A program made the translations under genes and the position numbers. 64,000 nt of DNA from a virus (Duplodnaviria > Caudoviricetes): positions 18,332-82,331 of the IMG/VR virus record IMGVR_UViG_3300031867_000031. One strand, 5' to 3'. Positions within the stretch are counted from its first letter, which is position 1; every line of letters starts with the position of its first letter. Shown here one piece after another: positions 45,648 through 56,300 of the stretch. The notes beneath the pieces are model-generated. The model was given only the letters and a program-made list of their open reading frames with translations. It had not been told where the DNA came from and did not search any database.

Positions 45648-46199
45648 TTGCCTAAGTTATTTGTTAGCCTACCAATGAATGGCCGAGAAATTGATGATAT
45701 TCGTTCTGACATGCATGCAATCTGCCAGATTGTATCTGCAGAGATGGGCGAACAGTTCGAACTGATAGATACCGTTTGGACTGATGAGCCGCCCATTGAT
45801 ATTCTGAATGATCCCGGATCTTGTGGAGCATGGTATTTAGGTAAGTCTATTAGCGCTCTCGCTGAAGCCGATCTTGCTGTATTTGATAGTGATTGGCGTT
45901 TTGCTAGAGGATGCATTGTTGAGCATATGATGTGTTCGTTGTATAATATTCCGTATGTCGATATGAGTATGTCATATTCCGACGATGATGAGGAAGTTAA
46001 CGATTATACAGTAGATCGTAATGAAGCTGCTAGAATCAATAACATTCTCAGCGAGGAGTATGAAGAGGATGCGCTCGGCTTCGAGCATGATGATATTTAC
46101 GACTTAGAGGGTGAGGCTGAGGAGATTGAGGACGTCGAGGATGATGAAGACGATCCTGATGCTCTCGAGCCTGGTGAGTATGATGCGGATACAGAATGA
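45648..46199 (+). CDS. Nucleoside-deoxyribosyltransferase-like (DUF4406-like) protein with acidic tail
   Basis: KLFVSLPMNG...YLGKSISALAEADLAVF...W..ARGC.VEH. Confidence 0.6.
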   Translation: MPKLFVSLPMNGREIDDIRSDMHAICQIVSAEMGEQFELIDTVWTDEPPIDILNDPGSCGAWYLGKSISALAEADLAVFDSDWRFARGCIVEHMMCSLYNIPYVDMSMSYSDDDEEVNDYTVDRNEAARINNILSEEYEEDALGFEHDDIYDLEGEAEEIEDVEDDEDDPDALEPGEYDADTE

Positions 46200-47353
46200 T
46201 ATTCGGTGAAAAAATTTTCAGGGCTTTAGGCGAGCTTCGAGCTGCTGAAGTTGATGATGACACTGATATTTCTCATCATGGAATTAAAGGTCAGCAATGG
46301 GGCGTACGGAATGGCCCTCCATACCCATTGAACAGTCATCAGCGAATTTCTAAAAAGTCTTACGAAAAACTTAATGATATTTATAAGTCGATGCCGTTAT
46401 CAGATAGACGTTTAATCGACCCCGATACTAATGACGGTGACGGATATTTTTCGAGCTATCATGAATACAAAAAGCAAGTAGCCTATAATGGATTAGCTGA
46501 TGATGGATTCATTATTGCTGAAAAAATTTCCAGCGAAGACAACGTCGATGGAACTCGTGGAGTTGAAATCGGGATAGGAGTCATATCTAAAGGCAAAGGA
46601 ACTGGTACTCGGTTGGTCGACGACATGAAAACTTGGTTTAATAATCAAGATGAGTATGATTCTATGTGGTGGCCTGTCGATAAGGATAACAAAGCCTCTA
46701 TAGCACTTGCCAGAAAAGCTGGTTTTATAAAAGACCCTTATGGGAGTAATTATATTTACGGCAAAAAAGAGGCAATGAAAAAACTTGGCATACCACCTGA
46801 GAATACTGAAATGTTGCCTAATTATTCCGGCCATGCATATTTCATTTCGAGTAATGATTCATTAACTGAGTTAGATCCCAGAGTGCCTGATAATTTCTTT
46901 ACAAGAAACGGCTATGAGGATTCTAATACTCCAAGAATTTCATTTGCTCCAAGCATCGATAAATGTTTAGCAGGACTGTCGCAAAATGTGGATGGCCAAA
47001 CTTTTTCTGTATACGAGCCAAATGATATTTCGAAGCATACTGTATACAAGCCAAATGCAAAAGCAGTTCCAGATTCCGGTATAACAGATGAGTTATGGAT
47101 TTGTGAAAACGTTCCTTTAAAGAAAAGTGGAACTATAACAGTAACTGGTAATCGAGGAGAGGCCGGTCGTATATTTTCATATGGAGATCAACAAGCTGAA
47201 TTATTTGACGATTGGACTTATGAATCTAATCCGGTAAAGCATGATGCGTCTACGTTGTTTGGTGAACGAGTTACTTCTAATGATATTTATTACATGGAAA
47301 TTCGAGAGAAACTTAATCCAGGCGTACGCGTTATTCGATATTATCCAAACTAA
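46196..47353 (+). CDS. HHG..WG-leader protein with a GNAT acetyltransferase domain and an ART-like C-terminal domain
   Basis: ISHHGIKGQQWGVRNGPPYP; SKGKGTGTRLV (acetyl-CoA motif) and DNKASIALARKAGF; then RISFAPSIDKC...VPD..TDELWI. Confidence 0.65.
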   Translation: MIFGEKIFRALGELRAAEVDDDTDISHHGIKGQQWGVRNGPPYPLNSHQRISKKSYEKLNDIYKSMPLSDRRLIDPDTNDGDGYFSSYHEYKKQVAYNGLADDGFIIAEKISSEDNVDGTRGVEIGIGVISKGKGTGTRLVDDMKTWFNNQDEYDSMWWPVDKDNKASIALARKAGFIKDPYGSNYIYGKKEAMKKLGIPPENTEMLPNYSGHAYFISSNDSLTELDPRVPDNFFTRNGYEDSNTPRISFAPSIDKCLAGLSQNVDGQTFSVYEPNDISKHTVYKPNAKAVPDSGITDELWICENVPLKKSGTITVTGNRGEAGRIFSYGDQQAELFDDWTYESNPVKHDASTLFGERVTSNDIYYMEIREKLNPGVRVIRYYPN

Positions 47354-47466
47354 TCTCGCAACTTTTCCAGCTCCTTAAATGGGAGTATTAAATCTCAACA
47401 GAAAGGGATCACATGGAAAAGTAATACTTATATTTTTGTACGACAAAAATTAGGAAAGGAAACTAA

Positions 47467-48363
47467 ATGAAAGCAGGAGCTATCCTAAAGATTCAAAAGG
47501 TATTAGTGAAAAACGCACCAACAATACTTGCGGTGATGGGAGGTATTGGTACTATTGCCGCAGTGTGTATGAGTTCGGACGCCGCGCTTAAAGCTAAGCA
47601 GGCTATTGAAGATGCTGAGCGAGAAGCAAAAGGCGATGACTATGAATTATATTCTGAGTGCAAGGAACTTGCAAAGAAAGGCTATCAGGAGACGGCTATT
47701 GTTAAGAAGCTTGATATTTCAGAAGATAAGCTTGATGTAGTTAAGTCGCCTCTTAGTAAGGCAGACAAGGTATGGATCTATGCGAAAGCATATGGTCCTA
47801 CGGCTATCATGACAACTGCCAGTCTCGTGTGCATTTTCGGATCAAATCATATCAATAAGAAACGTATTGCTTCTCTTGCTGGTGCATATCTTATGAGCGA
47901 GACTGCACTGAAAGAGTATAAGGAGAAGGCTAAGGAAGTTGTTGGAGTTAAGAAGGCTCAGGAGATTTCTGATGAGATCATTCAGGAAAAGGTAAACAAT
48001 AATCCGCCTAATCCCGAAGCTGTGGCAAATGCCGATACGCCAGCTATGCGAAATGTCGTAGACCTAAGTCTATGGTATGATGTGGTTAGCGATAGATATT
48101 TCTACAGCAATGCCGATCAAATTCGTAGAGCAGAGCTAGAAGCTCAAAAGATGCTCAACAAGAATGGTTTCGTATCGATCAATGATATTTACGCAATACT
48201 TGGATTGCGTGATATTCCAATCGGAAACGATATTGGTTGGCAGAAAGATCGCAATAAGGATGTGGTGCTTGTGATCGGTGGAGCACTCGATGATAATGGA
48301 CAGCCTATTGGTACTATGGATATGGATGTTCATCCGTCAAGTGCGTGGCTTAGTGAAGTGTGA
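47467..48363 (+). CDS. DUF6353-like protein
   Basis: KNAPTILAVMG.IG...YGPTAI...KRIASLAGAY...DRYFYS...GFVSINDIY.ILG...IGW; family name from memory. Confidence 0.6.
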   Translation: MKAGAILKIQKVLVKNAPTILAVMGGIGTIAAVCMSSDAALKAKQAIEDAEREAKGDDYELYSECKELAKKGYQETAIVKKLDISEDKLDVVKSPLSKADKVWIYAKAYGPTAIMTTASLVCIFGSNHINKKRIASLAGAYLMSETALKEYKEKAKEVVGVKKAQEISDEIIQEKVNNNPPNPEAVANADTPAMRNVVDLSLWYDVVSDRYFYSNADQIRRAELEAQKMLNKNGFVSINDIYAILGLRDIPIGNDIGWQKDRNKDVVLVIGGALDDNGQPIGTMDMDVHPSSAWLSEV

Positions 48364-48540
48364 AGAGGACTAAACTACTGGAATGAATAATATTCTAATT
48401 AGAATAATTATATTCTAGTAAATCTTATGGATAGCATGGGTGAGTTAAAAACTTGCCCATGTTTTCTTTTTTCATTGATATTCTTCGCAGTTTTTACTTT
48501 CCCTTAAATAGGTAGCGTAATCCTATTAAGGAGGAAAGCA

Positions 48541-48804
48541 ATGGAAGATCAAAAAGTGTTGACAAAAGATGAATTTAAGGAAATCGTTGGAGCCACTTTA
48601 GGCATATCGGCAATGCTGTTTATCACGGCATATCTGGAGAGCAGCACCATAGCTAACGGGATATTTTGGAAGATAATCCGTAGGTTTGGTATTGCTGGGC
48701 TCGGATTGGTCACGATGCAGATGGTTGACAAGTGTGCACAGAAGGCTGTTGACGAACATGTAACTTATTATTCTAGCACATTTAAAGATATTTTCACAAA
48801 GTAA
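48541..48804 (+). CDS. Small membrane protein (cassette gene)
   Basis: Promoter motif at 48484, AAGGAGG RBS, terminator at about 48829-48850. Confidence 0.6.
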   Translation: MEDQKVLTKDEFKEIVGATLGISAMLFITAYLESSTIANGIFWKIIRRFGIAGLGLVTMQMVDKCAQKAVDEHVTYYSSTFKDIFTK

Positions 48805-48937
48805 TAATTGCGTTATCAAGCTTTAATAAGGCGGTTGAAATACACCGCCTTTTCTTTTTCATTGATATTCTTCGCAAAAATTACTATCTCTATAATAGGC
48901 AGAGAACATAAGGTTCTCTTTACGAAAGGAGATTGTA

Positions 48938-49291
48938 ATGGCAAGGAAGCTGATTATCGAGCAAGACACGCCGTCAGCGTCGGATACAGTTATCGAAATT
49001 GTGTCCTCGCTCGGAGGCATTGCATTGGGCATCAGCTCCGGTTGGTATTTGAACCAGATCCTTCCGGCTGCTGCGACTACCATGGAAGAGGTAGTTCGTA
49101 GGAGTGCGGTTGGGCTTGGTTCGTTCACTATCGGAGTGACGGGCTCTAAGGCAATCCAATCCGAGATGGAGGATGCAAGAGAGGCCGCTATAATGGCGAA
49201 ACTGATGGCGAGCGGATTGCTGACCAAGGAAGAGGTCAAGACAGTTGAAGAAGAGAAGCCTACGGTTGTAAAGACTTCTGCCAAGAAGTAA
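48938..49291 (+). CDS. Two-TM membrane protein (cassette gene)
   Basis: Promoter motif at 48871, AAAGGAG RBS, terminator at about 49301-49322. Confidence 0.6.
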   Translation: MARKLIIEQDTPSASDTVIEIVSSLGGIALGISSGWYLNQILPAAATTMEEVVRRSAVGLGSFTIGVTGSKAIQSEMEDAREAAIMAKLMASGLLTKEEVKTVEEEKPTVVKTSAKK

Positions 49292-49375
49292 AAAGAATTG
49301 GAGCTGTTGAAAAACGGCTCCTTTCTTTTTGCCACTATTTATATTTTTCCCATAGAATGGAGAAAGGAAAAGAAG

Positions 49376-49648
49376 TTGGGAAATCGAGCAGTAGTTAAGC
49401 GGCATTTAGATCCTGATATTTTCAAAGCATTCATTAAAAGTAAGGGATTGTCGATACGTCAACTTGGAGATCTTTGTTCTACGACGGAGCGAACAATTCG
49501 TAGGTGCATTAAAGATCAAGAAGTAACTCTCACTATCGCGCTCGATCTATGCGCATATTTTCAGTGTAACTTCAATCAGCTCTTTGGACCTGATGACTCT
49601 CCTGAATGGCGAAAGAATTTAGTTGATATTTTAAAGCGGGTGCGATAA
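49376..49648 (+). CDS. XRE-family HTH protein
   Basis: KGLSIRQLGDLCSTTERTIRR...TLTIALDLCAYFQC; TTG start after GAAAGGA. Confidence 0.7.
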   Translation: MGNRAVVKRHLDPDIFKAFIKSKGLSIRQLGDLCSTTERTIRRCIKDQEVTLTIALDLCAYFQCNFNQLFGPDDSPEWRKNLVDILKRVR

Positions 49649-49661
49649 GAGAGGAGTTTTT

Positions 49662-50342
49662 ATGGCAACTCGGAGTGTTCCGTCTGGTGACGAAATGCGA
49701 AAACAGTATCAAGGAAACTCTTTTAAGCAACGAGATGAGGTAGGAGAAGCTCTTACTAAAGCAGTATCTGAGGCAAAGCCGAAGGTTAAGCAAGTTGCTA
49801 AAGGCAAAGTTCGAAAGCAGTCGATGCTTAAGAAATTTACGCGTTATATTATCGAAGACAGTGTCGAGACTGCCAGAGAGAAGACGCTTGGCGAAATCAT
49901 TATTCCTGGCGTAAAGACATTGATATTTGATACGCTTACCGACATGCTCGATATCATGTTGTTCGGAGGTAATGGCGCACCTATGGGAAGGTATGCGGCA
50001 TCTCCTCGAGCACGTAAGGGTCAGACAAGTTACGATAAGTACTACAATAATAAAACAACTGGCAATGGTAGTCGAAATGGGTCATATCGCGATGTGCCCT
50101 ATGATCCAGATGATATTATTCTGGATACTCGAGCGCAAGCGAATAATGCGCTAAACGAACTTAATAGTATCATCATGAAGTATGGTCAGGCATCTGTGGC
50201 TAATTTCTATGATATTGTTGGAGTAACTGGAGAGTGGACGGATAATCGATACGGTTGGACGTCACTTCGTGGTGCGGGCATTAAGCCTGTGCGAGATGGG
50301 TTCATGATAATTCTTCCGCCAACAGTTGTTCTCGATGACTAA
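49662..50342 (+). CDS. Conserved phage protein
   Basis: C-terminal YGQASVANFYDIVG...DNRYGW resembles the DUF6353-like C-terminal motif. Confidence 0.55.
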   Translation: MATRSVPSGDEMRKQYQGNSFKQRDEVGEALTKAVSEAKPKVKQVAKGKVRKQSMLKKFTRYIIEDSVETAREKTLGEIIIPGVKTLIFDTLTDMLDIMLFGGNGAPMGRYAASPRARKGQTSYDKYYNNKTTGNGSRNGSYRDVPYDPDDIILDTRAQANNALNELNSIIMKYGQASVANFYDIVGVTGEWTDNRYGWTSLRGAGIKPVRDGFMIILPPTVVLDD

Positions 50343-50383
50343 CTATAAAACTTACAATTATATTTTTCGAAAAGGAGATAATA

Positions 50384-51325
50384 ATGGGTATGGCATCTAT
50401 CATTAAGCATGTAAAGGTTCCATCAAGCATGGCAAAGATTGCACTTAAAGCTAAGAAGCATGCTCCCGAGATTATGATTGTGACCGGAACAGTTCTTGTG
50501 GTGGGCAGTGCTGTGATGGCATGCAAGCAGACACTTAAGGCTCATGAAGTTCTTGAGAAGGCTAATGCAGATCTTGATGAGGTTAGCAAGGCGCTTGAGA
50601 CTTGTGACGAGGCGTCATATTCCCCTGAGGACGCTAAGAAGGATCGCCGTAACGTTTATATTAAGACGGGTTGGGAGCTTACTAAGACCTACGGTCCGTC
50701 AATCATTGGCGGTGTTGTCGGTTTCACCCTGATATTTGGAGCACACAAGATTCTTCGCGGTCGTAACGCAGCTCTTACTCTTGCATACACGAACCTTCTC
50801 AGCTCCTATAATAGGTATCGTAAGCATATTGCTGACGAGTTTGGCGAGGAGAAGGAGAAGCTTCTTGCAGCAGGTGCCGAGACGACTGATATTTCTGTCG
50901 TGAAGGAGGATGGCACTGTCGAGGAGGTTAAGAACGCTTCTGTAATTCATGACACTAGCGAGAATCATTCTCCTTATGCACGGATATTTGAGGCGACGAA
51001 CTCGAGTTGGTCTCCCAATCCGGCTACGAATCTTTTCTATCTTCGTTCTCAGGAGAATTTCGCAAATGAGAAGCTTCAGGCAGATGGATATTTGTTCCTG
51101 AATGATGTATATCAGATGCTCGGATTTCCTCGCACATCCGAGGGTCAGATTGTCGGTTGGGTTTATGATCCCGACAATCCAGAGCACAATGGCGATAATC
51201 ATGTCGATTTTGGAATCTATGATCTTCTTTACAAGGGCGAGGAAAAGGCGGATTTCATCAACGGTTATAATCCCTGCATCTGGCTCGATTTCAATGTTGA
51301 TGGTGTAATTTACGACCTTATTTGA
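50384..51325 (+). CDS. DUF6353-like protein (paralogue of 47467)
   Basis: KHAPEIMIVTG...YGPSII...RNAALTLAY...GYLFLNDVYQMLG...VGW. Confidence 0.65.
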   Translation: MGMASIIKHVKVPSSMAKIALKAKKHAPEIMIVTGTVLVVGSAVMACKQTLKAHEVLEKANADLDEVSKALETCDEASYSPEDAKKDRRNVYIKTGWELTKTYGPSIIGGVVGFTLIFGAHKILRGRNAALTLAYTNLLSSYNRYRKHIADEFGEEKEKLLAAGAETTDISVVKEDGTVEEVKNASVIHDTSENHSPYARIFEATNSSWSPNPATNLFYLRSQENFANEKLQADGYLFLNDVYQMLGFPRTSEGQIVGWVYDPDNPEHNGDNHVDFGIYDLLYKGEEKADFINGYNPCIWLDFNVDGVIYDLI

Positions 51326-51419
51326 GATCGAGATGGTTTAAAAGCTGTGGGTAGTGGTATATTCGAACAAGATGTACTAGACTACCCATGGCTTTACACC
51401 TTTGAAGGAGGTGGTTACT

Positions 51420-52436
51420 GTGATTAATGGTCTTGCGAAAGCTGGATGTTTGTTAATCGGCGCCGGAATTGGGGTGTTTGCATCGTCATTTGTGCTATCA
51501 TATGAATTTGATAGAGCAGTTGGAGAAATTGAGGAATTTATTCCAGAGGGAGATAATGATATTTCAGATGATCAAGAAGATGGCTCAGAAACTAGTGGAC
51601 TTCATTCACAGGGTGACTCGAAAAATTCGAATGATATTCGGAATGGTCGAGACACCGGAGGACGACGTGGAGCAGAACTCGCCGGAGCAAGTAACGGTGA
51701 CGGTGGAGAAGAAGATCACAAAGAATTCCAATCCAATCAAGCTCAGATTCTCGACTACTACAAAAGCTCTGAAGGACATATTCAGGACAAAGAGAGACGA
51801 AGTAGGGCGTCCAACTCTTCGAAGCGCTCTAAGCGCCGTCAAGAATTTGATAAGATGCGGGAAGAAGGCTACGCGAACTTAGGTACAAGATATTCTAAGA
51901 TGTTCGGATCTGATAGTATGGAGAATGAGCAAAACATGACTGATATTCTCCATGCAGTTAGTTCGAAGACTGATACCAAGGATAGCTATAGCCAATATGA
52001 AAGAAAGGCTCGCCAAATGGACGAGTGGGATGATGGGCCATCTGATGATTCGGTAGATGAGTATCCACCAGGAGAAATTGATATTCATGATGAATACACA
52101 CTAGAGCGAGTTGAAGATCATATTGAGATATATCTTGACGATAATCCAAATGATTTCACAACGCTTGTGTGGTATCAAGGCGATGAAACCTTGTGCGATG
52201 ATGGCGAGCAGATCATTCCTAATCCGGAAGATGTTGTCGGCGAGGTTGCTATCGAGAGATTAGTGGAAGGCGGACCAGGAGCAGATGATGGAGTTATATT
52301 TGTGCACAACTTAAAGACTTGCATTGATTATGAGCTAGTTCTTGATATGGGTTGTTATTCCGAGACTGTTCTTGGCATGTTTGATGAACGTCAAAGCCGC
52401 CGAAATAATGGTGGTGGTAGGGATGGCAGTTCTTGA
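51420..52436 (+). CDS. Membrane-anchored acidic protein
   Basis: N-terminal TM, low-complexity linker, C-terminal LVWYQGDETLCD...FVHN...DYEL domain. Confidence 0.55.
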   Translation: MINGLAKAGCLLIGAGIGVFASSFVLSYEFDRAVGEIEEFIPEGDNDISDDQEDGSETSGLHSQGDSKNSNDIRNGRDTGGRRGAELAGASNGDGGEEDHKEFQSNQAQILDYYKSSEGHIQDKERRSRASNSSKRSKRRQEFDKMREEGYANLGTRYSKMFGSDSMENEQNMTDILHAVSSKTDTKDSYSQYERKARQMDEWDDGPSDDSVDEYPPGEIDIHDEYTLERVEDHIEIYLDDNPNDFTTLVWYQGDETLCDDGEQIIPNPEDVVGEVAIERLVEGGPGADDGVIFVHNLKTCIDYELVLDMGCYSETVLGMFDERQSRRNNGGGRDGSS

Positions 52437-53031
52437 TGAAAGTTACAAAGTTAATGTGCCATATTTCGATAATAACTCTTATGTCGAATGGTTAGAGTCG
52501 TTTACTATTGATGAAACCATTGATGATGAACGACGTCCTTCTTATAAAAAGTTGATAAGGAAATTGTGGGATATTCCGTTTAGGCCATTACTCGGAAACG
52601 ATGATGACCGAGCGGCTGAGGGACTTGAATTAAGGACTCGGTATAATTCAATTTTAGCGAAAAAGGCTGGAGAAGGAGAGTTTTATACTCCGAATGTTGA
52701 TGCTATATTTGGAGAATGCCGAGTCCTTGAAATGCTGGTTGCTTTGTCGATGCGCATGTATGATTTAATGCAGGACATGGGTTTGTACAATAGTGTTAGC
52801 CGATGGTTCTGGGAGATTATGGCCAACGTGTCCTTTGATATTTTAGACGATGAAACATGGTCGAGACGGATTCGATGCGATGAATTTGTCGAGAGAATTG
52901 TTTGCGGAATCATGGATGGACATGGTCATAGGGGTCGTCCTGGCGGTTGGTTTTATGTAAATGGTTGGCAACATATGGAGATTTGGTATCAAATGCATGC
53001 GTATTTGAGTAGATATTTTCAGATTGATTGA
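52423..53031 (+). CDS. Conserved phage hypothetical protein
   Basis: DDDRAAEGLELR...CRVLEMLVALS.R...WFWEIMAN...EIWYQMHAYL. Confidence 0.6.
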   Translation: MAVLDESYKVNVPYFDNNSYVEWLESFTIDETIDDERRPSYKKLIRKLWDIPFRPLLGNDDDRAAEGLELRTRYNSILAKKAGEGEFYTPNVDAIFGECRVLEMLVALSMRMYDLMQDMGLYNSVSRWFWEIMANVSFDILDDETWSRRIRCDEFVERIVCGIMDGHGHRGRPGGWFYVNGWQHMEIWYQMHAYLSRYFQID

Positions 53032-53056
53032 TGGAAAAGTATGCTTCAAAAGACCT

Positions 53057-53264
53057 TGTCCCCCAAAAAATTCCCCTTTTTCCCATTTTTTTTATGTTTT
53101 CAACTTTTTTTATATTGTGTTTCAAATGTAATAATAACTTTTAATAAATTAAGAAAAAAAAGGGATTTTGGGGGATTTAGGAAAAAAATAGCCATCTACC
53201 TGCGGTTTTTCATCCCCCAAATTGTCCCCCAAAAATTTTTTATCCCCCAAAAAAATTGGGGGAT
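53057..53264. repeat. Direct and inverted TCCCCCAAA repeats in an A/T-tract region; candidate replication origin
   Basis: TCCCCCAAA at about 53059, 53213, 53225 and 53243; inverted copies at about 53167 and 53256; immediately upstream of the primase-polymerase gene. Confidence 0.55.
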
Positions 53265-53306
53265 TTTTTCAAGAGAGCTTTAAAACTATCGAAAGGAGGT
53301 GAGTAT

Positions 53307-56300
53307 TTGGATTTTTTCGCGATTCGAGCACGCAATACAAAAAGGGGGATTGAAATTTACCCCGATTTTATAGTCGGCAATCATGATGATTTCATGGTTC
53401 GTGGACATGCTTTCTATGCTATATTTGATAAGAGTACTGGTATGTGGTCTACTGATGAGACCATGGTTCAGAAGATTGTCGACTCTGAATTGTATGAGTA
53501 TGCTCAAAAACAGCAAGATGAATTCGAAGGGGTCATATCTGTTCAATACATGGCTAACTTCAGTTCGAACAGTTGGAGTAAGTACAAGAAATATTTAAAG
53601 GAAAGTGTTGATAATTATGTGCCTCTAGATCAGACGCTTACGTTCCAAAATCAAGTATGTAAAAAAGAAGACTATGTTAGTAAGCGATTGCCATATTGCC
53701 TTGAAGATGGCGATCATTCTGCATGGGATGAACTTGTTGGGACATTATATTCTGATGAAGAACGTGAGAAAATCGAATGGGCAATAGGTTCTGTTGTTTC
53801 CGGAGATTCTAAAAGAATTAGTAAATTCTTTGTACTTTATGGTGCGCCAGGATCTGGCAAGGGAACGATTCTTGATATTATTGCAAAACTATTCAAGGGA
53901 TATTATGGTATTATTGAATCTAAAGCTTTGGGAAATAGAACGTCCGAATTTAGTACTGCAGCTTTTAGAGATAATCCATTGGTAGCCCTCGAGTATGATA
54001 GTGATCTAAGCAAGATTGAGAATAATACTCGACTCAATTCTATTATATCTCACGAGACGATTCCAGTTCGAGAATTGTATAAGGCAGCATACAATGTAAA
54101 GATCAATGCATTGATATTCTTGGCAACCAATAGTCCTGTTCAGATAACCGATTCAAAGTCTGGAATAATTAGACGACTGGTTGATATTAATCCATCTGGT
54201 TTGAAAATTCCTAGCAATAGGTATGTTAAACTTATTGAACAGATTAATTTCGAACTTGGGTCTATTGCACAGCATTGTTTAAATGTGTATAAGAAATTGG
54301 GGCTTCATTATTATGATGCCTATCGATCTATCGACATGATGGAGCGAACTGATATTTTCTTCAACTTTGTAGAAGAGTCATATTTTACGTTTAAGCAAGA
54401 AGATGGCGTAAGTCTTAAACGAGCATGGTCTATGTACAAAGAGTATAGCGAAGAATCCGGTTTGCAATATTTGATGCCTAAGCATAGATTTAAGCAAGAG
54501 CTTCGAGAATATTTTGACAAATTCATACCCGATACAAAACTTAAAGATGGTACCAGAATTAAGAATTATTACAGAGGCTTTTTGTCATGGAAGGTCGACG
54601 GCAAAAAAGATATTACAATGATTGCTGATGATGGTGATATATTTGACTTTGAAGCCCCACCATGGTTGCAATTGAGCGAAGAAGCAGCTTTAGATTCTAT
54701 ATTGGATGATGAGCTTAGAGATTGTCCGGCACAGTACGCTAATGAAACGGGAACGCCGTTTATAAAATGGGAAAATGTTAAGGGCACATTAAAAATGCTT
54801 AATACTCATTTTCTACATTATGTGCTTATGCCGGACAATTATATTGTGATTGATTTTGACTTGAAAGATCCAGAAACAGGCGAAAAATCGGCAAAATTAA
54901 ATCTTGAAGCAGCTTCACATTGGCCTCCTACTTATGCTGAGTTTAGTAAAAGTGGCGCAGGGTTACATCTTCATTATATTTATGGTGGTGATGTAAATCT
55001 TTTAAAATCCATATATTCTGATGATATAGAAATTAAGGTGTTTAAAGGTAATAGTTCTTTGAGAAGACAGCTTACCAAATGTAACAAAATTCCAATTCGA
55101 ACGATTTCAAGTGGTTTGCCATTAAGAGAGGAGAAACGAGTGATCAATCACGAAGCTGTTAAAAGTGAACGAAAACTTCGCGAGTTGATTAGCAGATGTT
55201 TAGAAAAAGAGTTCGGCGCAACTAAGCCGTCGGTAGATTTTATTAATCATTTGCTTGTCGAAGCGAAAGAATCCGGTCTCTCATATGATGTGTCTGACAT
55301 GAAGCAAGCAATAATGATATTTGCTATGAACAGTACACATCAGGCAGAGTATTGCATGAAGCTTGCTAGTGAAATGCCATATAAGTCAGAAGAGCCTAGT
55401 TCCGGTGGAAACGGCAAGTATGCTGACGATCGTTTGGTTTTCTTTGACGTAGAGGTTTTCCCAAATCTTTTTCTGATAAATTGGAAATTTGCTGGTTCTA
55501 GCGAATGTGTTAGGATGGTTAATCCTACTCCAGAAGAAGTTGGAGAGCTATTTAATTACAAGCTTGTAGGCTTTAACAACCGTCGGTATGACAATCATAT
55601 TTTGTATGCTCGATACATCGGATACAATAATGAAGAACTTTATATTTTAAGTCAAAAAATTGTTAGTAATGATCGAAATGTTAATGCCACTTTTAGTGAA
55701 GCATACAATTTGTCATATACTGATGTATACGATTTCGCTTCTGCTGGACATAAAAAGTCTTTGAAGAAGTGGGAAATTGAACTTGGCTTGCATCATCAGG
55801 AGCTGGGATTGCCTTGGGATCAACCAGTTCCAGAAGAGCAGTGGAGTTTGGTTGCCGAGTATTGCGACAATGATGTCATATCTACCGAAGCCGTATTCAA
55901 CCACTTAAGCGGTGATTTTAGAGCTCGCGAAATTCTAGCGGATATTGCTGGAATGACTGTTAACGATAGCACAAATTCGTTAACAACCAGAATTATATTT
56001 GGGAAAGAGAAAAAGCCTAAACTTAATTGGTACGATCTTGCTGAGGAATTCCCTGGCTATCAGTATAAGTCAGGCAAGAACATGTATCGCGGCGATGATG
56101 TTGGTCGTGGCGGTTGGGTTTATGCTAATCCTGGAATGTATGGATATTGTAAGACATTCGACGTCGCTTCTATGCATCCGCGTTCGATCATTGAAGAAAG
56201 ATATTTGGGCGAGTATACAGATCGATTTGAGGATCTCGTAAACATTCGTTTGTTCATTAAGCATGGCGATTATGATTCGGTTGCAAAGCTATTTGATGGC

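Noticed and set aside
53041-53283. 80-aa ORF over the CCCCCAAA region
   Set aside because: Translation of low-complexity A/T/C tracts (Phe/Lys/Pro-rich); better explained as a cis element.
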